NCBI GenBank assembly: GCA_965226755.1
Contig: CBDDDT010000005.1
Location: forward strand, 148,306-212,305
Length of the DNA: 64,000 nucleotides
Reading direction: 5' to 3'
From: Bryobacteraceae bacterium
GTDB lineage: Bacteria > Acidobacteriota > Terriglobia > Bryobacterales > Bryobacteraceae
Shown here: positions 27,577 to 36,057 of the stretch, piece after piece
Position numbering within the stretch: the first letter of the stretch is position 1
How the letters are laid out: every line of letters begins with the position of its first letter
Made by a program: the position numbers and the translations under genes
Notes under the pieces: generated by a model
Database searches by the model: none
The model's input: only the letters and a program-made list of their open reading frames with translations
Told to the model about the DNA's origin: nothing

Positions 27577-28431
27577 TCAGGGTTCGGAAATGATATGGGA
27601 ATCCGTGGAGAATCTTTGATAGTTGCTGTAAATGACTATCTCTTCGAGATTGAAATGCTTCACGAGAGCGCGGGCGGTGACGCGGGCGGTGATGGATTTG
27701 GGGAGCCATACTTCGTTGTTTACGCGGGTGCGCTCCAGAGTGAAGTGGGAACCGCGCGACATTCTCGCAAGGAAAAATCCGAAGGACACATCGTCGAGGA
27801 CTTCGGCTTCGAGGCGGACCCATTCGAGGTCGGATTTGTCGATCCAGATCTTGCCGCGGATGTTCCGCAGGAGATTGGCGTACTTGCCGCGATAGGCGGA
27901 GCGCGGGTCGGCCTGGATGAGATAGCAAGGCCGTCCATCGTGGAGGGAATCGCGCAGTAAAGAGAAGTCGTAGGCGTCGGGGATCATTTTGACGGACTCG
28001 CGCTGTTTGGCGCGTTCGCGCTGATAGTCGGCGAAGCGGCGATCGCGCTCGGACGGGGTCAGCCTGGCGGCTTCGGCCGCGGCCTTATCCAGGCGGGCTT
28101 TCTCTTTGCGAGCCTCCGCGGCCGGAAGCGGCGCGTCGTTTCTGGCAGTGAGGCGTTCGTAACGCTTGCCGCCGAGGAACAAGATGTCGCGGGTTTCCGA
28201 GGTGGTTTTCCGGAGATTGCCGGCGCCGTCGAGTTCTTTGGTGAGATCGTGCTCCTGATAGGTGTACTGACTCGCGATAGCGAGCGCTTCGTTATCCGCG
28301 CGAAGGGATCGAACGACGATGTCATGCGCTTTGATGTCATGCGCTTTGATGTCATGCGCTTTGTTAGGCGCATTGTTGGGCGCGGCGTTTTGCGCGAAGA
28401 CGACGGCGCAGAGGAGCAGGGGAGCGAGCAC
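27577..28431 (-). CDS. Secreted hypothetical protein (beta-rich C-terminus)
   Basis: Signal peptide from GTG 28431 (VLAPLLLCAVVFAQ); GKIWID...WVRLEAE and EVWLP motifs. The upstream part of the 522-aa ORF is antisense shadow of the pirin gene. Confidence 0.8.
   Translation of the reverse strand: MLAPLLLCAVVFAQNAAPNNAPNKAHDIKAHDIKAHDIVVRSLRADNEALAIASQYTYQEHDLTKELDGAGNLRKTTSETRDILFLGGKRYERLTARNDAPLPAAEARKEKARLDKAAAEAARLTPSERDRRFADYQRERAKQRESVKMIPDAYDFSLLRDSLHDGRPCYLIQADPRSAYRGKYANLLRNIRGKIWIDKSDLEWVRLEAEVLDDVSFGFFLARMSRGSHFTLERTRVNNEVWLPKSITARVTARALVKHFNLEEIVIYSNYQRFSTDSHIISEP
28318..28362. repeat. Three perfect 15-bp tandem repeats GATGTCATGCGCTTT (in-frame KAHDI x3)
   Basis: Read directly from the sequence. 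Confidence 0.95.
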
Positions 28432-28554
28432 AATTTGGAGATGCCGCGGCCCGCGCCGAGGATGTTGACCCTTTGTGAGCGGGAGGCGCGCCGCGCCGCT
28501 AGGCTGAAACTTTACGCTCACCTCTTCATCTAGCTGGATGTCGAGGGAAACGCG

Positions 28555-29448
28555 ATGACGGTCGGGACGGCGGCGGAGCGAGGCATAGAGGGGATTTACC
28601 AGGGAGACGGTTTTCACTGGGTGGGGGATGGATTTCGCGTGACGAACTATTTCCCCTCGGGCAACGATTTCGGGAACAGGATGAGCCCGTACGTGCTGCT
28701 GGATTATCACGCGCCTTTCCGTTATGCCCCGGAAGCGGGGGCGAAGCGCGGGGTGGGAGTGCATCCGCACCGGGGCTTTGAGACGGTGACGCTGGCCTTT
28801 GAAGGCAGCGTGGCGCACCATGACAGCGGCGGAAATTCCGGAGTGATCGGACCGGGCGACGTGCAGTGGATGACGGCGGCGTCGGGAGTTTTGCATAAGG
28901 AGTACCACGCGGAGGAGTTTTCGCGCCAGGGCGGCGTGATGCACATGGCGCAAATCTGGGTGAATCTTCCGCGGGCGCACAAGATGGATGCGCCGGCGTA
29001 CCAGGCGCTGGGGGCGGACTCGATGGGGCTGGTGAACTTGCCTGACGGCGCGGGGCAAGTGCGCGTGATCGCGGGCGAGTGGGGAGGCGTGAAAGGGCCG
29101 GCGCGCACGTTTTCTCCGCTCGAGATGCTCGACGTCCGGTTGCATTCAGAAGGACGCGTGCCGCTGTCGTTTCCGGCGAAGCACAACCTAGGACTGCTGG
29201 TTTTAGGCGGAGAAATCGTGATCAACGACGAAGCGAAGGCGACTGCGCTCGATTTCGTTCTGTTTGCGGACGGGGGCGGCCAGATCCGGATCAAAGCCGG
29301 AAGAGAAGCGCATTTGCTGATTCTGGGTGGTGAACCAATTGACGAGCCGGTGGTGCAGCGCGGCCCGTTTGTGATGAATACGCAGCAGGAGATTCGTCAG
29401 GCGATGATCGACCTGCAAGACGGGAAATTCGGGCGCCTGGATGACTAG
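28555..29448 (+). CDS. Pirin family protein
   Basis: HPHRGFETVT, GDVQWMTAASGVLHKE, GEPIDEPVVQRGPFVMN. Confidence 0.95.
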   Translation: MTVGTAAERGIEGIYQGDGFHWVGDGFRVTNYFPSGNDFGNRMSPYVLLDYHAPFRYAPEAGAKRGVGVHPHRGFETVTLAFEGSVAHHDSGGNSGVIGPGDVQWMTAASGVLHKEYHAEEFSRQGGVMHMAQIWVNLPRAHKMDAPAYQALGADSMGLVNLPDGAGQVRVIAGEWGGVKGPARTFSPLEMLDVRLHSEGRVPLSFPAKHNLGLLVLGGEIVINDEAKATALDFVLFADGGGQIRIKAGREAHLLILGGEPIDEPVVQRGPFVMNTQQEIRQAMIDLQDGKFGRLDD

Positions 29449-29479
29449 GTTTGGCGGGGGGAAATTGAAGGAGACGCAG

Positions 29480-30346
29480 ATGAAGCGAGCGGGGGCGGCG
29501 TTCGCCGTCGGGGCGGCGATTGTGCTGATGGCGGGGACCGCGCACGCGGCGGAGTTGAAGCCGGAAACGCTGCAGGCGTGGGAGCAGTATGCGGCGGCGG
29601 CGCGGGCAGGCGCGGGGGAGAAGTTTTCGCTGTCGGAAGATCAGCGGCGGGCGGAGCGTTTGCGGGGCGGCGAAATTCCGGTGCGGCCGATGCACGAGCA
29701 CGGGGCGACAGCGGTTCCGGGCGGATTGATTCACGACTGGGTGGGAATCGCGTTCATCCCGAATGTGAAGGCGCCGGAGATGATGGGCCTTCTCCAGAAT
29801 TACGGGCGCTATAAGGACATCTATCAGCCGCTGGTGATCGATTCGCGGGCGTTATCGCATACCGAGAACGAGGACCGCTACTCGATGCGATGGATGCATA
29901 AGGTTTTGTTCGTGACAGCGGCGCTCGATGCCGAGTATGAAGCGAACATTGTCCGCGTGGACGAACACCGATTCTATGCAATCTCCCGGACGACGTGCAT
30001 TCACCAGATACAGAATTACGGACAGCCGAGCGAGCGAATTCTGCCGCCCGATCAGGGAGACGGTTATATCTGGCGGATGATGAGCATCGCGCGGTTCGAG
30101 GAGCGGGACGGCGGGGTGTATGCGGAGCTGGAGGCGATCGTGCTGACGCGCGATATCCCGTCGTCTTTGCGTTGGATGATGAAGCCGGTGGTGTCGAAGC
30201 TATCGCGGAACTCGCTGGCGGTATCGCTGGCGCAGACACGCGGGGCGTTAACCGGGGCGGCGCGAGGTGCGGAGCTGCCGGAGCGCGCGCCGGGAAACGC
30301 ATCGGAGAGCGGACGTGAAAATTTGGCGCGATCGCTGCAGCACTGA
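29480..30346 (+). CDS. Secreted hypothetical protein
   Basis: AAGGAG RBS before ATG 29480, signal peptide, GLIHDWVG and GYIWRM...EERDGGVYAELE segments. Confidence 0.8.
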   Translation: MKRAGAAFAVGAAIVLMAGTAHAAELKPETLQAWEQYAAAARAGAGEKFSLSEDQRRAERLRGGEIPVRPMHEHGATAVPGGLIHDWVGIAFIPNVKAPEMMGLLQNYGRYKDIYQPLVIDSRALSHTENEDRYSMRWMHKVLFVTAALDAEYEANIVRVDEHRFYAISRTTCIHQIQNYGQPSERILPPDQGDGYIWRMMSIARFEERDGGVYAELEAIVLTRDIPSSLRWMMKPVVSKLSRNSLAVSLAQTRGALTGAARGAELPERAPGNASESGRENLARSLQH

Positions 30347-30491
30347 AAACGCGGCGCTCACCGGATTGGTTGTTTTCGGATTGGCTCACAGGCTAGAATT
30401 AATCGAATTGCAATCTAAGAAGCGGCACGGAACAGGCGCGTGCCGGAATCGCCGCTGAGCTATTTCCGTCGAAACTTTTTCCGTTTAAACT

Positions 30492-31472
30492 ATGGCAGCT
30501 CCGAAGCCCGTACGCGCAATGAACCCGGAACGCATCAAGGTGTTCTCGGGGCGGGCGAATCCCGCGCTGGCTGCTGAAATTTGCGCGAATCTGGGGTTGC
30601 CGTTGAGCGATGCCGGAATCCGGCATTTTTCCGACGGCGAGATCGGGTTGCAGTTGCAGGAGAACGTGCGGGGCGCGGATGTCTTCATCGTGCAACCGAC
30701 GTGCGCGCCGGTGGATCAGCACCTGATGGAAGTGCTGCTGATGATCGACGCGTTGAAGCTGGCGTCGGCGGAGCGGATCACGGTGGTGCTGCCTTACTAC
30801 GGATATAGCCGGCAGGACCGCAAGGACAAACCGCGGGTGCCGATCGCGGCGAAGCTGGTGGCGCGGCTGCTGGAATCGGCGGGCGCGAACCGGATCATGG
30901 CGCTGGATCTGCATGCGGCGCAGATTCAGGGATTCTTCGATATTCCGGTGGACCACTTATATTTCCGGCCGGTGATGGTGGATTACTTCCGGCATCTGAA
31001 GCGGCCGAAACTGACGGTCGTTTCGCCGGACGCGGGCGGCGTGGAGCGGGCGCGATCGATGGCGAAGCGGCTGAACACGCGTTTAGCGATTATCGACAAG
31101 CGCCGGGAAGAAGCCAACGTGGCGGAGATCATGAACGTGATCGGGGACGTGCGGGATGCGCATTGCCTGGTGATCGACGATCTGATCGACACGGCGGGAA
31201 CGCTGGTGGGGGTGGTGGAAGCGTTGCTCGAAAAGGGGGCGGCGTCGGTGACGGCGGCGGCGACGCACGCGGTGCTCTCGGGGCCGGCGGTGGAGCGCAT
31301 CGAAAATTCAGCGCTGGTGGAACTGGTCTGTTCCAACTCCATCCCGCTGTCGCACGAAGCGGGGAAGTGCCCCAAGATCCGGGTGCTGTCGGTGGCGCAA
31401 CTGCTGGCGCGGGGCATACAGTCGGTCCACGAGGAGACCAGCATCAGCGTGCTGTTCGAGAACGAGGATTGA
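30492..31472 (+). CDS. prs: Ribose-phosphate pyrophosphokinase
   Basis: FSDGEI, PYYGYSRQDRK, DLHAAQIQGFF, VSPDAGGVERAR, DDLIDTAGT. Confidence 0.98.
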   Translation: MAAPKPVRAMNPERIKVFSGRANPALAAEICANLGLPLSDAGIRHFSDGEIGLQLQENVRGADVFIVQPTCAPVDQHLMEVLLMIDALKLASAERITVVLPYYGYSRQDRKDKPRVPIAAKLVARLLESAGANRIMALDLHAAQIQGFFDIPVDHLYFRPVMVDYFRHLKRPKLTVVSPDAGGVERARSMAKRLNTRLAIIDKRREEANVAEIMNVIGDVRDAHCLVIDDLIDTAGTLVGVVEALLEKGAASVTAAATHAVLSGPAVERIENSALVELVCSNSIPLSHEAGKCPKIRVLSVAQLLARGIQSVHEETSISVLFENED

Positions 31473-31515
31473 TGCAAGAAAAGGCGCGGCGGTCCGGTCT
31501 AAGATAAAAGGAACT

Positions 31516-32079
31516 GTGATGAGAACTCTGTTTGCTTTAGCGCTCGCGGCCGCGTCGACGATGACGGCGGCTGCCCAGAATACGCCCCGGCTCGCGCCGG
31601 AATTCGCGGTGAATATGCCGGACGGCAGCCAGAAGCTGCTCAGCTCATTCAAAGGCAAGCCGGTGAGCCTTTCGTTTTTCTTTACGACGTGCCCGCACTG
31701 CCAGGACATGTCGAAGCTGCTGAGCAGCCAGATCGTGCCGGAGTATGCGCCCAAGGGCGTGCAATTTTTGGCGGCGGCATTTGACGACAACGTGGGCAGG
31801 CAGCAGGTGAACGATTTCGCGAGTCAGTTCGTGAAAGGGGCGTTCCCGATGGGGTACACGGATCGGGGCGCGGTGCTCGAATTCCTGCAGAAGTCGATCA
31901 TGACGCCGTTGTATGTGCCGATCATGGTGTTCATCGACCGGAAGGGCATGATTGTGGACGAGTATATCGGGGATCAGAAGTTCCTGTCGGATCCGCCGAA
32001 GAATGTACGGGCGGAGCTGGATAAGATCTTGGCGAAGCCGGCCGTCTCCAAACCGGTCACGCGCATTTCGAAGCGTTAG
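31516..32079 (+). CDS. Secreted TlpA/redoxin-like thioredoxin-fold protein
   Basis: Signal peptide, TTCPHC active site, VPIMVFIDRKG. Confidence 0.88.
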   Translation: MMRTLFALALAAASTMTAAAQNTPRLAPEFAVNMPDGSQKLLSSFKGKPVSLSFFFTTCPHCQDMSKLLSSQIVPEYAPKGVQFLAAAFDDNVGRQQVNDFASQFVKGAFPMGYTDRGAVLEFLQKSIMTPLYVPIMVFIDRKGMIVDEYIGDQKFLSDPPKNVRAELDKILAKPAVSKPVTRISKR

Positions 32080-32137
32080 GGCTTGAGCGGGCAAACCGCG
32101 CGGGCGACGGCGGCGTTCGATACAATCTGCAAAGATC

Positions 32138-32908
32138 ATGGACCGCCGCCAGATGCTTCTTTCTTCCCTTGCCGCTCCTTTGATGGGGCAAACCGGCTCC
32201 GCCCCCCAGAGCCGGCGACAGTACTACGAACTCCGCTGGTTTTATCTGAGGAATGGCGCGCATGCGCCGCGCATGATGGATCTGCTGAAGAACCATTGGG
32301 CTCCAGCCGCGCAGCGCGCCGGGATGAACGCGCCCGGATTTTTCCAGCCTTCCATCGGCGACGCGTCGCCCTCCGTGCTGATGCTGTCGACGTTCAGCAG
32401 TCCGGATGAAGCCGCCGGAGCGTTCGAGCATCTCATGGGCGATCGGGAATTTGCCGCCGCCTACGCCGGGGCGCATTCTCCGGAACCGGCCTTCACGCGG
32501 ATGGAAGCCACGCTGCTGCGCGCGTTTGAAGGGATGCCGACATTACAGCCGCCTCCGGCGCGAGAGGGCGGCGGCCATATATTCGAACTGCGCACTTATG
32601 AATCGAATTCCATGATCAGCCTGGGGACTAAGCTGGCCATGTTCAACGGCGGCGAGATCGGCATTTTCCAGCGGCTCGGGATGATGCCGGTTTTCTTCGG
32701 CGAAGCAATCTTCGGACGCAATCTGCCGAGCCTGACTTATATGCTCAGTTATGACGATTTAGCGGCGCGCGAGCGTGTGTGGAAAGCGTTCATCGCCGAT
32801 CCGGAATTCACGCGCCTGCGGACGAAGCCGGGGTACTCGGATGCGGATATCGTCTCCAACATCAGCAATGCGATCGTGAGCCCGCTCGGGTTTTCGGCGA
32901 TTCGCTGA
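32138..32908 (+). CDS. NIPSNAP family protein (two domains, possible Tat signal)
   Basis: YYELRWFY and IFELRTYE repeats, LTYMLSYDDLAARERVWKAF. Confidence 0.9.
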   Translation: MDRRQMLLSSLAAPLMGQTGSAPQSRRQYYELRWFYLRNGAHAPRMMDLLKNHWAPAAQRAGMNAPGFFQPSIGDASPSVLMLSTFSSPDEAAGAFEHLMGDREFAAAYAGAHSPEPAFTRMEATLLRAFEGMPTLQPPPAREGGGHIFELRTYESNSMISLGTKLAMFNGGEIGIFQRLGMMPVFFGEAIFGRNLPSLTYMLSYDDLAARERVWKAFIADPEFTRLRTKPGYSDADIVSNISNAIVSPLGFSAIR

Positions 32909-32933
32909 ACACATCACTGAACACATCGCTGAA
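32905..32933. repeat. 12-bp tandem repeat CTGAACACATC(A/G), about 2.4 copies, starting at the NIPSNAP stop codon
   Basis: Read directly from the sequence. Confidence 0.8.
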
Positions 32934-32990
32934 GCGCGGGCGCGTTCCCGCGAGCGCTCGGGATTCGATAAAATAACGGGATCGCTCCCC

Positions 32991-33320
32991 ATGACCGAAA
33001 CCACCACATTCCGGGAGCAGGAAACCGCCGAGCAACGGGACCTCACGCCGCTTTACCGGGTGGTGCTGCTGGATGACGACGACCACACGTACGACTATGT
33101 GATCGAGATGCTGCAGAAAGTGTTCGTGTTTACTCTGCGCGAAGCTTACCAGCATGCCGTGGAAGTGGATACGCGGGGACGGACGGTGCTGATCACTTGC
33201 GAGCTGGCCCAGGCGCATTTCGCCCGCGACCAGGTGCAGAGCTATGGCCCTGACTGGCGCCTGGACCGCAGTAAAGGATCGATGTCGGCGATCGTGGAAC
33301 CGGCGGGCAGCGAAAGTTAG
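32991..33320 (+). CDS. clpS: ATP-dependent Clp protease adaptor
   Basis: YRVVLLDDDDHTYDYVIEMLQKVF and VDTRGR ClpS core. Confidence 0.92.
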   Translation: MTETTTFREQETAEQRDLTPLYRVVLLDDDDHTYDYVIEMLQKVFVFTLREAYQHAVEVDTRGRTVLITCELAQAHFARDQVQSYGPDWRLDRSKGSMSAIVEPAGSES

Positions 33321-33715
33321 GATGTCGGCGGGGGCGGTTTGTGTTCGAGAGTGGAGCGGACGCGGCTGGCCAGACCCTCCGGGGTGAAGGGCTTGCGCAG
33401 ATAGTCGCACCCGGAATCGATCCCCTTCGCGGCGATCTGATGCAAGTCATATCCCGACATGAAAATGCAGGGAATCTTGGGGTGTACGGACTTGATCTCT
33501 TTCACCAGATCCGGTCCGCTGACATTGGGCATGACAATGTCGGTGAGCACCAGATCGACCGGAAACTGATCATTTTCGTCGATCGCGCGGCGGGGATCGT
33601 CGTAGTCATAAACCGTGTAGCCGCAATGGCTGAGGATGGACCGGGCGAGTTTTAAAACGATGGGTTCATCATCGACCAGCAAAATGGCTTCGCTACCGCG
33701 ATATTGTTCAAGCAT
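33317..33715 (-). CDS. Single-domain response regulator (CheY-like receiver)
   Basis: ILLVDDE, LTDIVMP (phospho-acceptor Asp), FMSGY, LRKPF. Confidence 0.94.
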   Translation of the reverse strand: MLEQYRGSEAILLVDDEPIVLKLARSILSHCGYTVYDYDDPRRAIDENDQFPVDLVLTDIVMPNVSGPDLVKEIKSVHPKIPCIFMSGYDLHQIAAKGIDSGCDYLRKPFTPEGLASRVRSTLEHKPPPPTS

Positions 33716-33855
33716 TTAAGGCAGGCCCGCATTTCCGTAGGCGGGCAGGAGGGCAGAAGGGTTACGGGATCTTTCAACTGTGATCCACGCGGAGGGCGAT
33801 GTCAACTCCCGGGGGCTGTCGTCAAACCCCATTCGGGTCACGGTAAACTAACAAG

Positions 33856-34851
33856 GTGAACAGAATCACAATTAAAACCTTTACCTTGGGCGGTATGCTG
33901 GCAGCGGCAGGAGTGGTTTCGGCGCAAGTCACCGCGACTCCGTCGCCAGCCCAGAGCCCGCAGCCCTCAGCGGCTCCTTCCCACAGTTCTCCGGCGAGCG
34001 CCGGTCCGGCGGCACCGGTTGTCCCGGGGATCACCGCGACCACGGATCCCGACAAAGTTGTCCTCAATATCGACGGCGACAAGATGACGGCCCGCCAGTT
34101 CGACGAAATGATCAAAGCCTTTCCCCCGCAGATTCAACAGGCGGCGAACGGGCCTCAACGGCACCAGTTCATTGAACAGTACGTTCAATTGAAGCTGGCC
34201 GCGAAGGAGGCCGAGAAGCGCAATCTGGAGAGCAAACCGGAGGTCAAGCAGCAGCTCTCCATTCAGCACGACAATGTCCTCGCGCAGGCGCTTTACCAGG
34301 ATCTTTCGGCCAATATCAAGGTGTCCGACGCGGAAATTCAGAAGTACTATGACGACCACAAGAAGGACTACGAAACGGCCAAAGCACATCATGTGCTGAT
34401 CGCCTTCAAGGGTTCTCCGGTAACGCCGAAGGACAAGAAGGAATTGACGGACGCGGAAGCGCTGGCAAAAGCGCAAGCGGTGCAGAAGCGGCTGCTAGCG
34501 GGTGAAGACATCGCCACGGTGGCCAAAGAAGTCTCCGACGACACCAGTTCGCCGACCGGCGATCTGGGAACGTTCAGCCATGGGCAGATGGTTCCGGCGT
34601 TCGATGCGGCCGTCTTCTCGCTGCCGATCGGGAAAGTGAGCGACCCGGTGAAGACGAACTTCGGATATCACGTGATCCGCGTGGATTCCCGCGAGTCGAA
34701 GCCGCTCTCCGAGGTGCGCGCGCAGATCGAGCCGAAAGTGCGCCAGGAGATGGCTAAGAAAGAGATGGACGATTTGCGGTCTAAGAACACCGTCATGATC
34801 GACGATGCGTTCTTCAAGCCGGCGGGGCCGAGCGGCGGTCCGACGAAGTAG
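33856..34851 (+). CDS. PpiC/parvulin peptidyl-prolyl isomerase (PrsA/SurA-like)
   Basis: Signal peptide, AHHVLI, GDLGTFSHGQMVPAFDAAVFSL, TNFGYHVI. Confidence 0.93.
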   Translation: MNRITIKTFTLGGMLAAAGVVSAQVTATPSPAQSPQPSAAPSHSSPASAGPAAPVVPGITATTDPDKVVLNIDGDKMTARQFDEMIKAFPPQIQQAANGPQRHQFIEQYVQLKLAAKEAEKRNLESKPEVKQQLSIQHDNVLAQALYQDLSANIKVSDAEIQKYYDDHKKDYETAKAHHVLIAFKGSPVTPKDKKELTDAEALAKAQAVQKRLLAGEDIATVAKEVSDDTSSPTGDLGTFSHGQMVPAFDAAVFSLPIGKVSDPVKTNFGYHVIRVDSRESKPLSEVRAQIEPKVRQEMAKKEMDDLRSKNTVMIDDAFFKPAGPSGGPTK

Positions 34852-34878
34852 CTTCTCCGATCGAGCGGCGAGGGAACA

Positions 34879-34909
34879 GGCGCGGGTTTATCGATCCGCG
34901 CCGTTTTTT
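34879..34909 (+). terminator. Rho-independent terminator
   Basis: GGCGCGG/CCGCGCC stem followed by gTTTTTT, downstream of the PPIase gene. Confidence 0.75.
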
Positions 34910-34922
34910 CGCCTGGACGTTC

Positions 34923-35951
34923 TTAGGAGTGGCGCTGGCGCACGACGATCGAATTAGACTCCTGCAATGTCGGGAAGGTCTTGGACATGTGATCGTGCCA
35001 GGTGAGGCCTTCTTCATCGAGCAGCGCCCAGAACAGGCCGACTCCGCCGGATAGAACGCCGATCCAGGCGCCGGCCATGCGCAAGGCGCGGCTGCGCCCA
35101 TCGAGCGGAAACCCATCGAAGTTGATGAGACGGAGGTGAGTCCAACGCATCCCCGGCGTGAGACTCCCCGCGATGGCGAAGAGCAGTCCATACCACAGGG
35201 CGATGAGCCCGAGCATTCCGCCGAGCAGAACCAGCGCGGTGCGATCGAGCGCGGCGGGTTTGGCCACCTCTTGAAAGATCAGAAGGACGATGCCGAGGGC
35301 GGACAGAATCATGCACAGGTCGAGCACGGCGGCGGTGGCGCGATGCACGGGGGCGGCGACGGCGGCATCGCAAAAGATCACCGCTTCGGCGTTGGTTTTC
35401 AGGGTGCGCGCGGTGTTTCTAACGGGAGGAAGGAAGTCCAGCGTGGCCTGGGTGTCGTCGACGGCAGCGCTCCGCGGGGAGTTCGTTTTGGCCGGCGGCT
35501 TGGGCGCGATGCCGCGAACTCCGGGCATCGCCAGCGGTTCGGCGGCGGGCGTCCCCGGGCGCGACGGAGCGGGTTGCACGACCGCGGGTCCGCCTTCGCT
35601 TTTGGGGAGAGAGTCAAACGGGATGATGCGAGGCTGCATTTCCGCGCCGAACAGAGAGGGCTGGGCGGCGCGGTTCTTGCGGGAGCGAGGCAGTTCGTCG
35701 AGGGTCGCGGCGGTGTCGATGGCGATCTCCGGCGCGAGACGCTTGACCTGCTGTCTTTCCGGGGCCGGCTCGGGCTCCATCACGCGAGCGACGGCCAAGG
35801 CGTTGGCGCCGGAGGCCTGGGCGGCCATGCGGACGTGCGCTCTGGCCGGGTGCGTGGGAGCTCCTATGTGTGTGCCCGCTAAACGCCGCCCGCAACGGCG
35901 GCAGCGGTGATCATCCGCGGAATTAGTAAACTGGCAATACGCGCAAGTCAT
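34923..35951 (-). CDS. RDD family membrane protein with N-terminal zinc ribbon
   Basis: MTCAYC...CRRCG, long Pro-rich linker, RATAAVLD and TPGMRWTHLRLINFDG RDD motifs. Start moved to ATG 35951. Confidence 0.88.
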   Translation of the reverse strand: MTCAYCQFTNSADDHRCRRCGRRLAGTHIGAPTHPARAHVRMAAQASGANALAVARVMEPEPAPERQQVKRLAPEIAIDTAATLDELPRSRKNRAAQPSLFGAEMQPRIIPFDSLPKSEGGPAVVQPAPSRPGTPAAEPLAMPGVRGIAPKPPAKTNSPRSAAVDDTQATLDFLPPVRNTARTLKTNAEAVIFCDAAVAAPVHRATAAVLDLCMILSALGIVLLIFQEVAKPAALDRTALVLLGGMLGLIALWYGLLFAIAGSLTPGMRWTHLRLINFDGFPLDGRSRALRMAGAWIGVLSGGVGLFWALLDEEGLTWHDHMSKTFPTLQESNSIVVRQRHS

Positions 35952-36057
35952 GGCTGGCTTTTCTGTTACGCTGAAACGTGCCGCGATCGGGTTGCGTCGA
36001 TGTTCGTCGAGCAACGCCACTCCTGATTTGAGTAGCGCAATTAAGAACTTCTTTCTC

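Noticed and set aside
28432-29145. N-terminal 238 codons of the 522-aa ORF, suggesting a fusion
   Set aside because: They overlap the pirin gene antisense, and a signal peptide begins only at GTG 28431.
30347-30491. tRNA-Gln often found upstream of prs
   Set aside because: No cloverleaf, TTCGA T-loop or acceptor stem is visible.
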